Shown: one piece after another, positions 51,342 through 62,471 of the stretch
Numbering within the stretch: the stretch's first letter is position 1
How the letters are laid out: every line of letters begins with the position of its first letter
NCBI GenBank assembly: GCA_965202805.1
Contig: OZ241869.1
Span: 3,776,001-3,840,000, forward strand
Length of the DNA stretch: 64,000 bases
Direction: 5' to 3'
DNA from: Longimicrobiales bacterium
GTDB lineage: Bacteria; Gemmatimonadota; Gemmatimonadetes; Longimicrobiales; Gaopeijiaceae
Notes under the pieces: generated by a model
What the model was told of the DNA's origin: nothing
The model's input: only the letters and a program-made list of their open reading frames with translations
Databases searched by the model: none
Made by a program: the position numbers and the translations under genes

Positions 51342-51363
51342 GCGAGGGCCCGGAAGGGATCCG

Positions 51364-51393
51364 TTGACACCCTTCGCAACGGCTCCATACCTT
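51364..51393 (+). promoter_or_regulatory. sigma70-type promoter for the TPR-aroQ-efp-acc operon
   Basis: TTGACA, 18 bp spacer, TACCTT. Confidence 0.55.
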
Positions 51394-51489
51394 TCCCGGT
51401 TGACGCGCGAGCGCCTCTCGCGAATTCGGCGTGCGGTCTCCGAGCCGCGCGCGGTGACTGGAGTCTTCCCTCTTTCCGGGAGCCCGCCT

Positions 51490-52653
51490 TTGGATCAGTC
51501 GCTGGAGCGGGAGATTCGCAGGCTCTATTCCTGCTTCCACTCTCCGGAGGATCGACAGGGCCGTTCCTTCGTGCCCCTGGCGGATGCCTACAGGCGCGCG
51601 GGGGATCTGCTGCGGGCCAGGCTCCTGCTCGAAGAGGGTCTGCGGCGCCATCCGGGTTTCTCGAGTGCGCACGTGGTGGCGATGCGAATCGCCCGGGATG
51701 TTTCGGATCATGCGGAGACTCTGGCCGCAACCCGGCGCGTGCTCGAGCTCGATCCGGACAACGTGGAGGCACGGCAGGTCCTGGCCAGGGTCGGTCCGCT
51801 TGCCCGGGAGGACGGAAGTCCCGCGGTGTCCGGCGGCGATGGCGACGCCGAGCTCCCGGACGAGTCATGGATGGTCGGTGACGCGGGCGTATGGGCCGCC
51901 GGAACCGACAGCGGACTGGCCTCTGTGGATCCGGTCGCTCTGGAAGCGGAGGAGGAGCAGGCGGCCCTGGCGGAGGTTGGGGAAGATCCGCCGGCCGACG
52001 TGGAGGAGGAGCAGGCGGCCTTGGCGGATGCCGGCGAAGAGCCGCCGCCGACCGTGGAGGCCGGACAGGATCGGCACGCTGCACGCGAGGCCGAAGTGGA
52101 GGAAGCCGCGGCCGAAACCGAAGGACGGGCCGCTCCGGTATCGAAGAGGAGAGCGCCAGGAAGTACCCATTCAACCGGAATCCCGATCGCAATACCGGCC
52201 GACGCTTCCGACGCCGTAAGGGACGCGGGCATCTACACCCGCACCATGGGCCGGCTCTACGAACAACAGGGGCTCCACGCCCAGGCGATCGCGGTCTACG
52301 AGCGTCTCATCGAATCCGAGCCCGACGACGAAGCGCTGGTGAGCCGTCTGGAGCGCCTTCGCCGGCAACCCCGCGACGAAGCATCCGGCAGCGCGCCCGG
52401 GCAACGCGAACCGCACGGGGTGTCCTACGGGACCGAGTCGCCGCGCACGGGGGCGCCGCCGGACGATGAGCGTCCCGGAACCGCGGGCGACGAGCGCGTG
52501 AACGCGACCACGGAGCCGGAGGCGGCTCGAGGCAGTGTGGCGGCGACGATCCGGGGCGTCGACCCGGAGCCCGGTGGAGACCTGCCCGTCGTTCCGATCG
52601 AGTCGCTGGCGCCCGATGCGCCCATCGCCGGGGTACGCGAGGAGGTGCGGTGA
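51490..52653 (+). CDS. TPR protein with acidic low-complexity linker
   Basis: FVPLADAYRRAGD...VLELDPDN.EA N-terminal TPRs; YTRTMGRLYEQQG C-terminal TPR; TTG 51490 has GGGAG upstream. Confidence 0.8.
   Translation: MDQSLEREIRRLYSCFHSPEDRQGRSFVPLADAYRRAGDLLRARLLLEEGLRRHPGFSSAHVVAMRIARDVSDHAETLAATRRVLELDPDNVEARQVLARVGPLAREDGSPAVSGGDGDAELPDESWMVGDAGVWAAGTDSGLASVDPVALEAEEEQAALAEVGEDPPADVEEEQAALADAGEEPPPTVEAGQDRHAAREAEVEEAAAETEGRAAPVSKRRAPGSTHSTGIPIAIPADASDAVRDAGIYTRTMGRLYEQQGLHAQAIAVYERLIESEPDDEALVSRLERLRRQPRDEASGSAPGQREPHGVSYGTESPRTGAPPDDERPGTAGDERVNATTEPEAARGSVAATIRGVDPEPGGDLPVVPIESLAPDAPIAGVREEVR
51948..52060 (+). repeat. 54-bp (18-aa) intragenic tandem repeat
   Basis: EEEQAALAEVGEDPPADV then EEEQAALADAGEEPPPTV; GGAGGAGGAGCAGGCGGCC at 51948 and 52002. 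Confidence 0.85.
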
Positions 52654-53087
52654 GGATCGCGGTCGTACACGGAGCCAACCTGCGAATGCTCGGGCGGCGC
52701 GAACCGGAGGTGTACGGTTCGGACACCCTCGAGGACATCAACGGGCGCCTGCGCACGACGGCGGACGAGCTGGGAGTGGAAATCGAGATCTTCCAGTCCA
52801 ATTCGGAAGGCGCCATTCTCGACTATCTGGAGGAAGCCGCGCCCCGGGTCGACGGGGTTATCATCAACCCGGGCGCGTTCACGCACACCAGCGTCGCCCT
52901 GCGGGACGCGCTCGCGGGCATCGACCGGCCCTTCGTCGAGGTGCATCTGTCGAATCCGGCCGCGCGCGAATCCTTCCGGCACCGGTCGTATCTGGCGCCC
53001 GTAGCCGCGGGCGTGGTCGCCGGTTTTCGCGCGGAAAGCTATCTTCTGGCCCTTCGAGGACTTCTGGCGCACCTGTCCCGGGATTGA
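52650..53087 (+). CDS. aroQ: Type II 3-dehydroquinate dehydratase
   Basis: NL.MLG.REP.VYG, QSN.EG, INPGAFTHTS, EVHLSN..RE.FRH.S. Confidence 0.98.
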   Translation: MRIAVVHGANLRMLGRREPEVYGSDTLEDINGRLRTTADELGVEIEIFQSNSEGAILDYLEEAAPRVDGVIINPGAFTHTSVALRDALAGIDRPFVEVHLSNPAARESFRHRSYLAPVAAGVVAGFRAESYLLALRGLLAHLSRD

Positions 53088-53128
53088 TTCCGGCTCCGGT
53101 GCCCCGACGCAACGCATAACGAGGCTGC

Positions 53129-53695
53129 ATGGCCACTACAGCCGATTTTCGCAATGGCATGATCCTGGACATCGATGGTGTCCTGTGGGCGATCACCTAT
53201 TTTCAGCACGTCAAGCCGGGGAAGGGCGGCGCGTTCGTGCGCACGAAGCTCAAGAACGTGCTGGCCGGCCACGTGGTCGAGAAGACCTTCCGGGCGGGGG
53301 AGCGGGTCACCGGCGTTCGGCTGGAGCGCCGTCCCATGCAATACAGCTACACCGACGGCGAGTTCTTCCACTTCATGGACCTCCGCACCTACGACATGCA
53401 TCCCGTCTCGGGAAGCATGGTCGGGGAGGAGCAGCTGAAGTACCTGAAGGAGAACATGGAATGCGAAGTGCTGGTCCACGACGAGGCCGCCATTGCCGTG
53501 GAACTCCCCGCCTTCGTCGAGCTCGAGGTGACGGGCACGGAGCCCGGCCTGCGGGGCGATACCGCCCAGGGCGGCACCAAGCCGGCCACCCTCGAGACCG
53601 GTGCGGTGGTTCAGGTTCCCCTCTTCGTGGAGGAAGGTGACGTGCTCAGGGTGGATCGCAGGGAGGACAAGTACTTGACCCGGGTGACGTCATGA
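53129..53695 (+). CDS. efp: Elongation factor P
   Basis: [28 protein letters not shown]. Confidence 0.98.
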   Translation: MATTADFRNGMILDIDGVLWAITYFQHVKPGKGGAFVRTKLKNVLAGHVVEKTFRAGERVTGVRLERRPMQYSYTDGEFFHFMDLRTYDMHPVSGSMVGEEQLKYLKENMECEVLVHDEAAIAVELPAFVELEVTGTEPGLRGDTAQGGTKPATLETGAVVQVPLFVEEGDVLRVDRREDKYLTRVTS

Positions 53696-54177
53696 TCGAC
53701 GCCGAGTTCGTCGAGCGCCTCATCCGAGCGGTCGATGAGAGCGGCATCGACACCGTCGAAATCCGCCGCGGCGCCACGCGCGTGCGGATCAGCAAGACGC
53801 CCCCGCCGGCCCCCGTGCGAACCGAGGCCGCCGGAGCGGCTGCGGGGACAGTCGAATCGCCGGCCTCCGCGGACCGTGCCTCGGCGGAACCGGCGGCTGG
53901 GGGCGGCTCGGCAGGGGATGAACAGCCGGCCACGAACCTGATCGAGATCAAGTCGCCGATGGTGGGAACCTTCTACCGCGCCGGCGCCCCGGGCGCGCCG
54001 CCGTACGTCGACACCGGGCAGCGAATCTCCGAGGGGGACACGCTCTGCATCATCGAGGCGATGAAGCTCATGAACGAGTTCGAGAGCGAAATCAGCGGGA
54101 CCATCGAGGAGATTCCGGTGGAGGACGGCGAGCCTGTGGAGTACGGGCAGGTACTATTCAGGGTGGCGCCGGTCTGA
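53692..54177 (+). CDS. accB: Acetyl-CoA carboxylase biotin carboxyl carrier protein
   Basis: [18 protein letters not shown] biotinylation site. Confidence 0.98.
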   Translation: MIDAEFVERLIRAVDESGIDTVEIRRGATRVRISKTPPPAPVRTEAAGAAAGTVESPASADRASAEPAAGGGSAGDEQPATNLIEIKSPMVGTFYRAGAPGAPPYVDTGQRISEGDTLCIIEAMKLMNEFESEISGTIEEIPVEDGEPVEYGQVLFRVAPV

Positions 54178-54246
54178 GCGGGCCGCGCCCTTTCGACGGG
54201 CGTTCCACGGGTCCGTCCCGACGCGCGCGTTGCGGGAGCGTCACGG

Positions 54247-55596
54247 GTGTTCTCTAAGGTACTGATCGCCAACCGGGGCGAGATCGCGCTCCGAATCATC
54301 CGCGCGTGCCACGAGCTGGGCGTCGAGGCGGTGGCGGTTTTCTCCGAGGCGGACCGGGACTCGCTGCATGTGCGCTTCGCGGATGAGGCGGTGTGCATCG
54401 GACCGCCGCCGGTGGCGGAGAGCTACCTGAACATCCCGCGGATCATCGCCGCCGCGGAGATTACGGGCGCCGAGGCGATCCATCCCGGGTACGGGCTGCT
54501 CGCCGAGAACGCGGAGTTCTCCGAGATCTGCGACGCGTCCGGCATCACCTTCATCGGCCCGACCGCAGCCCAGATTCGGGCCATGGGTGACAAGGTCGTT
54601 GCGCGCGAGACGATGATGGAGATCGGCGTGCCCACCGTGCCGGGTTCGGCGAAGGCGCTGAGCAGCGTGCGCGAAGCCCTCCGGCTCGCGGACGAGATCG
54701 CGTACCCGGTGATGGTCAAGGCCGCGGCGGGCGGCGGCGGCAAGGGGATGCGCATCGCGCGCGGCGCCGGCGAGCTGGAGCGGGTCTTCGGTTCCACCCG
54801 GATGGAGGCGCAGGCGGCGTTCGGCGACTCCTCGGTATATCTGGAGAAGCTCATCGAACGGCCTCGCCACGTTGAAATTCAGGTCTTCGGGGACAGGCAC
54901 GGCAGAGTGGTGCATCTGGGCGAACGGGACTGCTCCGTGCAAAGGCGCCATCAGAAGCTGATCGAGGAAGCGCCCGCCCATGGCCTGTCGCCCGAATTGC
55001 GCGAGGAAATGGGCCGCGCCGCCGTGCGGGGCGCCGCCGGCATCGAATACGCCGGCGCGGGTACGGTGGAGTTCCTCCTGGACCCGACGGGGGCGTTCTA
55101 CTTCATCGAGATGAATACCCGCATCCAGGTCGAGCATCCGGTCACGGAGGTGACGACCGGTCTGGATCTGGTCAAGGAGCAGATCCGGGTAGCGTTCGGA
55201 GCCCCGCTCTCGTTTCCGCCCGAGCCCGCCAGCCACCGGGGCCACGCCATCGAGTTCCGGGTCAACGCCGAGGATCCGGAGCGGGACTTCATGCCGGCGC
55301 CCGGACGGATCGACGTCTTCCACCCGCCCGCGGGCCCCGGGATTCGTCTTGACACGCACGTCTACGCCGGCTACACGGTCCCTCGCTACTACGATTCGCT
55401 GCTGGCCAAGGTCATCGTCAGCGCGGCCACCCGCCGGGAGGCGATCGACCGGGCCCGCCACAGCCTCGACCACTTCGTGGTGGGCGGCGTGCCCACGACG
55501 CTGAGCTTCCTCTCTCGCATCCTGCGGGATCCGCGCTTTGTGACGGGAGCGGTCGACACCAGCCTGGTGGACCGCCTGATGAGCGAGGGGGCGTAG
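54247..55596 (+). CDS. accC: Acetyl-CoA carboxylase biotin carboxylase
   Basis: ANRGEIA, HPGYG, GGGGKGM, ERDCSVQRRHQK, EMNTRIQVEH. Confidence 0.98.
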   Translation: MFSKVLIANRGEIALRIIRACHELGVEAVAVFSEADRDSLHVRFADEAVCIGPPPVAESYLNIPRIIAAAEITGAEAIHPGYGLLAENAEFSEICDASGITFIGPTAAQIRAMGDKVVARETMMEIGVPTVPGSAKALSSVREALRLADEIAYPVMVKAAAGGGGKGMRIARGAGELERVFGSTRMEAQAAFGDSSVYLEKLIERPRHVEIQVFGDRHGRVVHLGERDCSVQRRHQKLIEEAPAHGLSPELREEMGRAAVRGAAGIEYAGAGTVEFLLDPTGAFYFIEMNTRIQVEHPVTEVTTGLDLVKEQIRVAFGAPLSFPPEPASHRGHAIEFRVNAEDPERDFMPAPGRIDVFHPPAGPGIRLDTHVYAGYTVPRYYDSLLAKVIVSAATRREAIDRARHSLDHFVVGGVPTTLSFLSRILRDPRFVTGAVDTSLVDRLMSEGA

Positions 55597-55599
55597 GCG

Positions 55600-58038
55600 A
55601 TGGCGGCGCGCAGGAAGCCGAAGGGACGGGCTCGCGGCAAGGCGCCGGTGCGTGGGGACGGGGCGGACGGCGGAGAAGGCGCCTTTCTCTCCCGGAGCCA
55701 GCAGTCCGACATCCTGGCGCTGGCCCTGGTGGTTCTGGCGCTCTTCGTGCTGCTGGCGCTCCTGCCCGTATCGGTTCTGGGGGCGCGCGCCGAGGCGTGG
55801 TTCCCTTCGGGGAACGCGATCGGCGTGCTCGGGGCCAGGTTCCGGGAAGCGGCGGCCGCGGCGCTGGGCGCGGCAGCATTGGGGCTCCCGGTCCTCCTGA
55901 CCCTCGGAGGGCTGCGCGCGGGCGCCTGGACGACGACCCGCACGGCCGTGCGGGCGGCGATCCTGACGGCCGGCCTGGCGCTGATCGCCTCCTGCGTCGC
56001 ATCGCTGCTGGGGAGCGCCGGCGGTTCGGGATGGCTGGGGTCGGTCGTGGCCGGCACGCTCAGCTCGGCCATCGGCTGGCTGGGGACGACGCTGCTGCTC
56101 GCGGCCTTCCTGATCGGGCTCATGGTGGCCACTCTGGACTGGAACCCGCTCCGCTGGCTGGAACGCGGCGTCAGGTCGCTGGGGCCTGCCCTCAGGTCGC
56201 TGGGGCGTGCCCTCATGTCGGCCTGGTCCGCGGTCGATCTGTCCCGGAGCGTGCCCGTGCGGCCGCGGCTGGCGGCGAGGAAGGACGGGGACGGCCAGGG
56301 GACGCGTGTCCCGCGCGGCAGGGAACGGGGCATTCCCGAGGATGTCGCGGCGGTCCTTGATGGGGCCGTGGGGGAGCTCGAGGACGCAGCCGCGGCGTCC
56401 GGCCCGGCAGGCGAGATGCCCCCGGAACCGCCGCCCGAGCCGGCCGGGGCCGGTACGGAAGCCTCGTCGCCGGCGGAGACCCCGGAAGAGCAACCGGCGG
56501 AAGACCCGTCCGGCGTGGCGTTGCCGTCGATCGATCTGCTGGATGCCCCGGAGCCGAAGGACCCCTTCCGCATGGAACTCGAACTCTCGCGGCTGGGCGA
56601 AATCCTGGTGGAGAAACTGCGCTCGTTCGGCGTAGAGAGCCGAATCGGGGGCCGCACCACCGGGCCGGTCGTGACCCAGTTCGAGGTGGTGCCCGCGCCG
56701 GGGGTCAAGGTCAACCGCATCGCCAACCTCGAGGCCGACCTCGCGCTGGCCATGAAGGCGAGGAGCATCCGCATCGTCGCCCCGATCCCCGGAAAGGGGG
56801 CGGTCGGCGTTGAAATCCCCAATCCCGCGCCGGAAATCGTCTATCTGCGGGACATCCTCGATTCCACCGCGTTCCAGTCGTCGAAGGCGGCGCTGCCCCT
56901 TGCCCTGGGCAAGGATCTGACGGGACGCCCCTACGTTTCCGACCTGGCGCGCATGCCCCACGTGCTGATCGCGGGCGCCACCGGATCGGGAAAGTCGGTT
57001 TGCCTGAACGCGTTCATCACCAGCCTCGTCTACTCCCACTCGCCCGAGTCGCTTCGGCTGCTGATGGTCGATCCCAAGATGGTCGAGCTGTCGGTGTACG
57101 CCGATCTTCCCCACCTGCGGCATCCGGTGGTGACCGATCCGGCCGACGCCGCGAGCGTCCTGAAATGGGCGGTGCTGGAGATGGAGCGCCGTTACGCGCT
57201 GCTCTCGGCGAACCAGGCGCGCTCGCTGGGAGAGTTCAACCGGATGGTGCGTGATGGTCGGCCGCTGCGCCATCCGCCTCGCCCGCCCGCGCCCGGCGAG
57301 GAACCGGGGGACGAACCCTTCGAGGAGGGCATCCTCCCCTTCGTGGTGGTGATCATCGACGAGCTCGCCGATCTGATGATGACGGTTCAGGGAGAGGTCG
57401 AACGCCCCCTGACGATGCTCGCCCAGAAGGCGCGTGCGATCGGCATCCACCTGATGGTGGCGACCCAGCGCCCCAGCGTGAACGTCATCACCGGGCTCAT
57501 CAAGGCCAACTTCCCGTGCCGCATCGCCTTCCGGGTGGCATCCAAGACCGACTCGCGCACCATCCTGGACCAGAACGGCGCGGATGCGCTGCTGGGCAAC
57601 GGCGACATGCTGTTCCTGCCGCCGGGCCAGAGCGAGCCCGTGCGCATTCAGGGCGCCTTCGTGCCGGGATCGGATACGAACCGGCTCACGGGCTGGTTCC
57701 GCGAGCTGGTGCGCCGCTGGGAGGACGCGGGCGAAATGCCGGACTTCGCGGGAGAGGAGGACATCCTGGCCACGGTTCGCAGCCGGGAAGGGGAGAGCGA
57801 CGCCGGGGAGGAGGACGGGCCGGCGGAGCGCGACGACCTCTTCTTCGCCGCGGCCGAAGTGTGCGTCCGGCAGAATCAGGGCTCGACTTCCCTTCTGCAG
57901 CGCAAGCTGCGCATCGGCTACGGCCGCGCGGCGCGCGTGGTGGACCAGCTGCACGAGGCGGGCGTGCTGGGTGCCCCCGACGGCTCCAGGCCCCGCGAAG
58001 TACTCATGGGGCTGGACGAGATCGAGTCGCTGCGCTAG
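55600..58038 (+). CDS. ftsK: DNA translocase FtsK
   Basis: N-terminal TM domain, AGATGSGKS, IIDELADLM, ATQRPS, gamma domain LQRKLRIGY.RA. Confidence 0.98.
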   Translation: MAARRKPKGRARGKAPVRGDGADGGEGAFLSRSQQSDILALALVVLALFVLLALLPVSVLGARAEAWFPSGNAIGVLGARFREAAAAALGAAALGLPVLLTLGGLRAGAWTTTRTAVRAAILTAGLALIASCVASLLGSAGGSGWLGSVVAGTLSSAIGWLGTTLLLAAFLIGLMVATLDWNPLRWLERGVRSLGPALRSLGRALMSAWSAVDLSRSVPVRPRLAARKDGDGQGTRVPRGRERGIPEDVAAVLDGAVGELEDAAAASGPAGEMPPEPPPEPAGAGTEASSPAETPEEQPAEDPSGVALPSIDLLDAPEPKDPFRMELELSRLGEILVEKLRSFGVESRIGGRTTGPVVTQFEVVPAPGVKVNRIANLEADLALAMKARSIRIVAPIPGKGAVGVEIPNPAPEIVYLRDILDSTAFQSSKAALPLALGKDLTGRPYVSDLARMPHVLIAGATGSGKSVCLNAFITSLVYSHSPESLRLLMVDPKMVELSVYADLPHLRHPVVTDPADAASVLKWAVLEMERRYALLSANQARSLGEFNRMVRDGRPLRHPPRPPAPGEEPGDEPFEEGILPFVVVIIDELADLMMTVQGEVERPLTMLAQKARAIGIHLMVATQRPSVNVITGLIKANFPCRIAFRVASKTDSRTILDQNGADALLGNGDMLFLPPGQSEPVRIQGAFVPGSDTNRLTGWFRELVRRWEDAGEMPDFAGEEDILATVRSREGESDAGEEDGPAERDDLFFAAAEVCVRQNQGSTSLLQRKLRIGYGRAARVVDQLHEAGVLGAPDGSRPREVLMGLDEIESLR
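56171..56220 (+). repeat. 21-bp tandem repeat (about 2.4 copies) within ftsK
   Basis: TCAGGTCGCTGGGGCCTGCCC, TCAGGTCGCTGGGGCGTGCCC, TCATGTCG. Confidence 0.85.
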
Positions 58039-58110
58039 CCGTGCGGGCCACGGGCTGACGGCAGCCTGCCATGCCGGAACGGCCGGGCTCGCCTGCGGGT
58101 ATGGCGTGCC

Positions 58111-58779
58111 ATGAAAAGCACGTCCTTCGGCCTTCTGGCGATCCTCTGCGCGGCTGTCGGTCCGGGCGCCGCCTTCGCCATGCAGGAGGTCGCGGATCCG
58201 GTGGCCATCCTCGAAACTGCTTCCGGCGAGTATTCCGCGTTGACGGGGTTCTGCGCCGACTTCCGGCAGACCCTGACGTCGCCCCTTCTGAACCAGGTGA
58301 CCCGTTCCCGGGGGCGCATGTGCCAGCAGCAGCCCGACCGCTTCTCGATGCGGTTCACCGACCCCGAGGGCGACCTGGTGATCGCCGACGGGGAGTGGCT
58401 GTGGGTCTACTTCCCGAGCAGCGACGCCGGCCAGGTGATTCGCTCGCCCATGACCTCCGGGGGACGGGGCGGCTTCGACTTCCACCGCGAGTTCCTCTCG
58501 GATCCCGGGACCCGTTACGCCCCGGCGTATCTGCGCGGCGAGGAACTCGACGGCGCGGCTACCCACGTCATCCGGCTGATTCCGCGCCAGCCGTCCGCCT
58601 ATCGCGAGGCGCGGGTGTGGATCGATGAGTACACATGGTTCATCCGCCGTGCCGAAATCGAGGAGGAAAACGGCAACCTGCGCGAGGTGCAGCTGGCCGG
58701 CTTCGATCCGAACCCCCAACTGGGGACCGGTGCCTTTCTCTTCACGCCGCCCCGGGGCGTCCAGGTCATCACGCGATGA
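58111..58779 (+). CDS. lolA: Outer membrane lipoprotein carrier LolA
   Basis: Signal peptide, ADF.Q, P.RF...F..P.G..VIADG..LW.Y.P, F.FTPP.GV; follows ftsK. Confidence 0.88.
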   Translation: MKSTSFGLLAILCAAVGPGAAFAMQEVADPVAILETASGEYSALTGFCADFRQTLTSPLLNQVTRSRGRMCQQQPDRFSMRFTDPEGDLVIADGEWLWVYFPSSDAGQVIRSPMTSGGRGGFDFHREFLSDPGTRYAPAYLRGEELDGAATHVIRLIPRQPSAYREARVWIDEYTWFIRRAEIEEENGNLREVQLAGFDPNPQLGTGAFLFTPPRGVQVITR

Positions 58780-58822
58780 GGATCCGGCGCCGGACGGGTG
58801 ACGGGGTCCCTGTCAGGACGGC

Positions 58823-59521
58823 ATGAGAGGGGCCGCGTTCGTCCTGCCGGTCTTCCTGGCCGGGGCCCAGGCGGCCGTTCCGGCGGCCGCGCAGGAGCTC
58901 GCGGACTTCGACTATGAACATCTGAGCCTGCGGGGCATCGGTTTCGAAGCCGGGTATCTCCCCGGGTACAGGATCCACGGGGTGCGCGGGGAGACGCAGA
59001 GCTGGGGTGCGCGGCTCGACCTCGGATACCTGGGGCCGGGGCTCCGCATCTCGCCTTCGGCGACCTACTGGTCGTCGGAGCTGGAGACCGGGGAGGTGTC
59101 CCGCCTTGAGACCCGCCTCGAGCAGCTGATCGCGAGAGAGGTGGGGGGCGCCGGACCCGGGGGCGGATCCGAAATCGACCTCGGCACGATCACGTGGACC
59201 GATCTGGTGGTTGGCCTCGACGCCCATGTCGTCTGGAACGTGCCCTTCGGATGGCTCGGCTTTCTCGGGCTGGGCGCCTCGGTGCACGTTCTCGACGGAC
59301 AGGGCGAAGCGATCGACGACACCTTCGTCGAGGACCTTCTGGACACGGTGCGCCCGGGGATGAATGTGCATCTGGGGCTCGAGTATCCGCTCTGGACATG
59401 GTCCCGGCTGTATTGGCACGGCCGCTACGAGGTGACCGACGACCTGCGCTACTTCAACGTCCGGGGCGGGCTGCAGATCATGTTCGGCGGCACGGCTCCC
59501 GGGGAGATGGAACCCCGCTGA
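58823..59521 (+). CDS. Putative small outer-membrane beta-barrel protein
   Basis: Signal peptide (AAAQ); alternating beta-strand pattern (RLDLGY, FLGLGASVH, HLGLEY, GRYEV, GGLQIMF). Confidence 0.7.
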   Translation: MRGAAFVLPVFLAGAQAAVPAAAQELADFDYEHLSLRGIGFEAGYLPGYRIHGVRGETQSWGARLDLGYLGPGLRISPSATYWSSELETGEVSRLETRLEQLIAREVGGAGPGGGSEIDLGTITWTDLVVGLDAHVVWNVPFGWLGFLGLGASVHVLDGQGEAIDDTFVEDLLDTVRPGMNVHLGLEYPLWTWSRLYWHGRYEVTDDLRYFNVRGGLQIMFGGTAPGEMEPR

Positions 59522-59554
59522 GACCGGTTCCGGGCGGCTGCGGACGTTCGCGCG

Positions 59555-61237
59555 GTGGCTGACTCCCGGAGGGGAGGAGCGGGCCTGAAGGGCATCGGGG
59601 TCTTCTTCGGCCTGAACGGGCGGGAATGGTGGCTGGCGTCGGCCTCCGCCGTCCTGCTCTTCGCGGCCTTCCCCCCGATTCACCTGGTCGCGCCTTCCCT
59701 CCTGGCGCTGGTCCCGCTGTCGGTCGCGGTGCGGGAGGCGCGCACGCCACGTCGAGCGGCGCGCGTCGGCTTCGTGTTCGGTTTGCTGCACTACGGTCTG
59801 CTGCTGCACTGGATGGTCCCCGCGCTCGCGCGGCTGACGGCGACGGCGCCCCTGATCTTCGCCACGGCCGTGATGCTGCTCGCGCTGTCGCAGGCGCTGG
59901 CGTGCTGGATGCTCGGCCTCCTCCGGCGAAGCTGCCGGGTTCCGCTCTGGTGCGCGCTGCCCCTGGTGTGGACGACCGTGGAGTGGGGGATCGCGCGCGC
60001 CCCGGGGACGCTGGCCTATCCCTGGCTGGGGTTGGGCACCTCGCTCACGGGATACCCGGAGCTGGTCGGAATGGCCGAGCTGGCCGGGGCGCGCGGGGTG
60101 ACGTTCTGGCTGGCGCTGGTGAACGGCCTGGTCGCCGAGGCCGTGGTGGCCGGCCGGGGTGCGCGGAATCGGACGCCGGAGAGGCATCCCGCGGCCCCCG
60201 TACGGCCGCCGGCGGGGACGCACGAGGGCACGTCCGGGCGTTTGTGGCACCGGGGTGCGCGACGGCTGCGGGATGCAGTCGGATCCGCCCGCCCGTGGCT
60301 GGCGGCCGCCCTGGTCGTCGCGGCCGTCCCCGCCGCCTGGGGGGTCTGGCGCGCCCGCCACCTGGAGCTGCGGCCCGGCCCGGTGGTGGCCACCGTTCGC
60401 ACCACCCTGCGCGCCGGGCCGGGCGAAGCGGTCTCCGACCCGGAGGCGCTCGCCGCCGTGGACGCACTGCTGGCGACCGAGGCGGCCGGGGCGCCCGCGC
60501 CGTCCGTGGTGGTGCTCCCGGAGGGCACCTTCCGGGACGGGCTGGACCAGCCGGACCTGGTCGCGGGGCTGGCGGACCTGTCCCGCCGGATGGGAGCGCC
60601 CGTCCTGTTCGGGGTTGTGCGCGTGGCGGCGCCGGGGACGGGGCGATACAACTCGGCGGCCCTGGCCGGCCCGACCGGGCTGCTGGGCGATCCCTACGAC
60701 AAGCGCCGCCTGGTGCCGTGGGTCGAGCGGATGCCGCTTGCGGGCGTCCTCCCGCGGGAGGCGGGCGGGAGTCCGTTGCACGCGGGCGCGGAATGGACCG
60801 TGTTCGACGCGGCCGGCCATCGCCTGGGCGTGCTCATCTGCTACGAGGCCGCGTTCGCCGGCGCCGCCCGGACGCTCCGCCGCGCGGGGGCCCGGGTGCT
60901 GCTCAACATCACCAACGACGCCTGGTTTGGGCACGCGGGCGCCTTCGCGATCGCGCAGCAGGAGGCGCACCTGGTGATGCGCGCCATCGAGACGCGCACC
61001 GGGGTCGTGCGCGCGGCCAATCTCGGTCCCGCGGGGTTCGTCGATCCCGTCGGCCGGGTGCGCGCCCGGGTCGGTGGCCCGGGCGCGGGGGTGGCGACCG
61101 CGCGGGTGGATGCGGCCGCGGCGCCCACTTGGTACGTGCGCATCGGGGATGTGGCAGGGCCGGGGGCCGCGGCCGTTCTGTTCCTGCTGCTCCTGTTCGC
61201 CCGCTCCCGCCGTCCTCCGCCCGCAACAGGCCATTGA
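59555..61237 (+). CDS. lnt: Apolipoprotein N-acyltransferase
   Basis: TM region with YPW..LG; nitrilase triad [27 protein letters not shown]. Confidence 0.95.
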   Translation: MADSRRGGAGLKGIGVFFGLNGREWWLASASAVLLFAAFPPIHLVAPSLLALVPLSVAVREARTPRRAARVGFVFGLLHYGLLLHWMVPALARLTATAPLIFATAVMLLALSQALACWMLGLLRRSCRVPLWCALPLVWTTVEWGIARAPGTLAYPWLGLGTSLTGYPELVGMAELAGARGVTFWLALVNGLVAEAVVAGRGARNRTPERHPAAPVRPPAGTHEGTSGRLWHRGARRLRDAVGSARPWLAAALVVAAVPAAWGVWRARHLELRPGPVVATVRTTLRAGPGEAVSDPEALAAVDALLATEAAGAPAPSVVVLPEGTFRDGLDQPDLVAGLADLSRRMGAPVLFGVVRVAAPGTGRYNSAALAGPTGLLGDPYDKRRLVPWVERMPLAGVLPREAGGSPLHAGAEWTVFDAAGHRLGVLICYEAAFAGAARTLRRAGARVLLNITNDAWFGHAGAFAIAQQEAHLVMRAIETRTGVVRAANLGPAGFVDPVGRVRARVGGPGAGVATARVDAAAAPTWYVRIGDVAGPGAAAVLFLLLLFARSRRPPPATGH

Positions 61238-61262
61238 ACGGCCTTCGGGCCAAATCTATACT
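61234..61262 (+). promoter_or_regulatory. sigma70 promoter for prfA-prmC
   Basis: TTGAAC, 17 bp spacer, TATACT. Confidence 0.7.
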
Positions 61263-61355
61263 ACGGGCTCCCGCCCCCGACCGGCCGCGCATCGCTCCCC
61301 GCGGCCCGGCCGGGCCTTCACCCATCCCGAAGGGACGACCCGGGCATCGGCGCGC

Positions 61356-62467
<1,112 letters not shown>

Positions 62468-62471
<4 letters not shown>

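Noticed and set aside
54241..58719. 1492-aa minus-strand ORF, and similar long antisense ORFs at 40755-44009, 58769-61234, 28468-30891, 25412-27781, 2139-4157, 13328-15181 and 9911-11761
   Set aside because: They shadow well-identified plus-strand genes and have no motifs; expected from stop-codon scarcity in high-GC DNA
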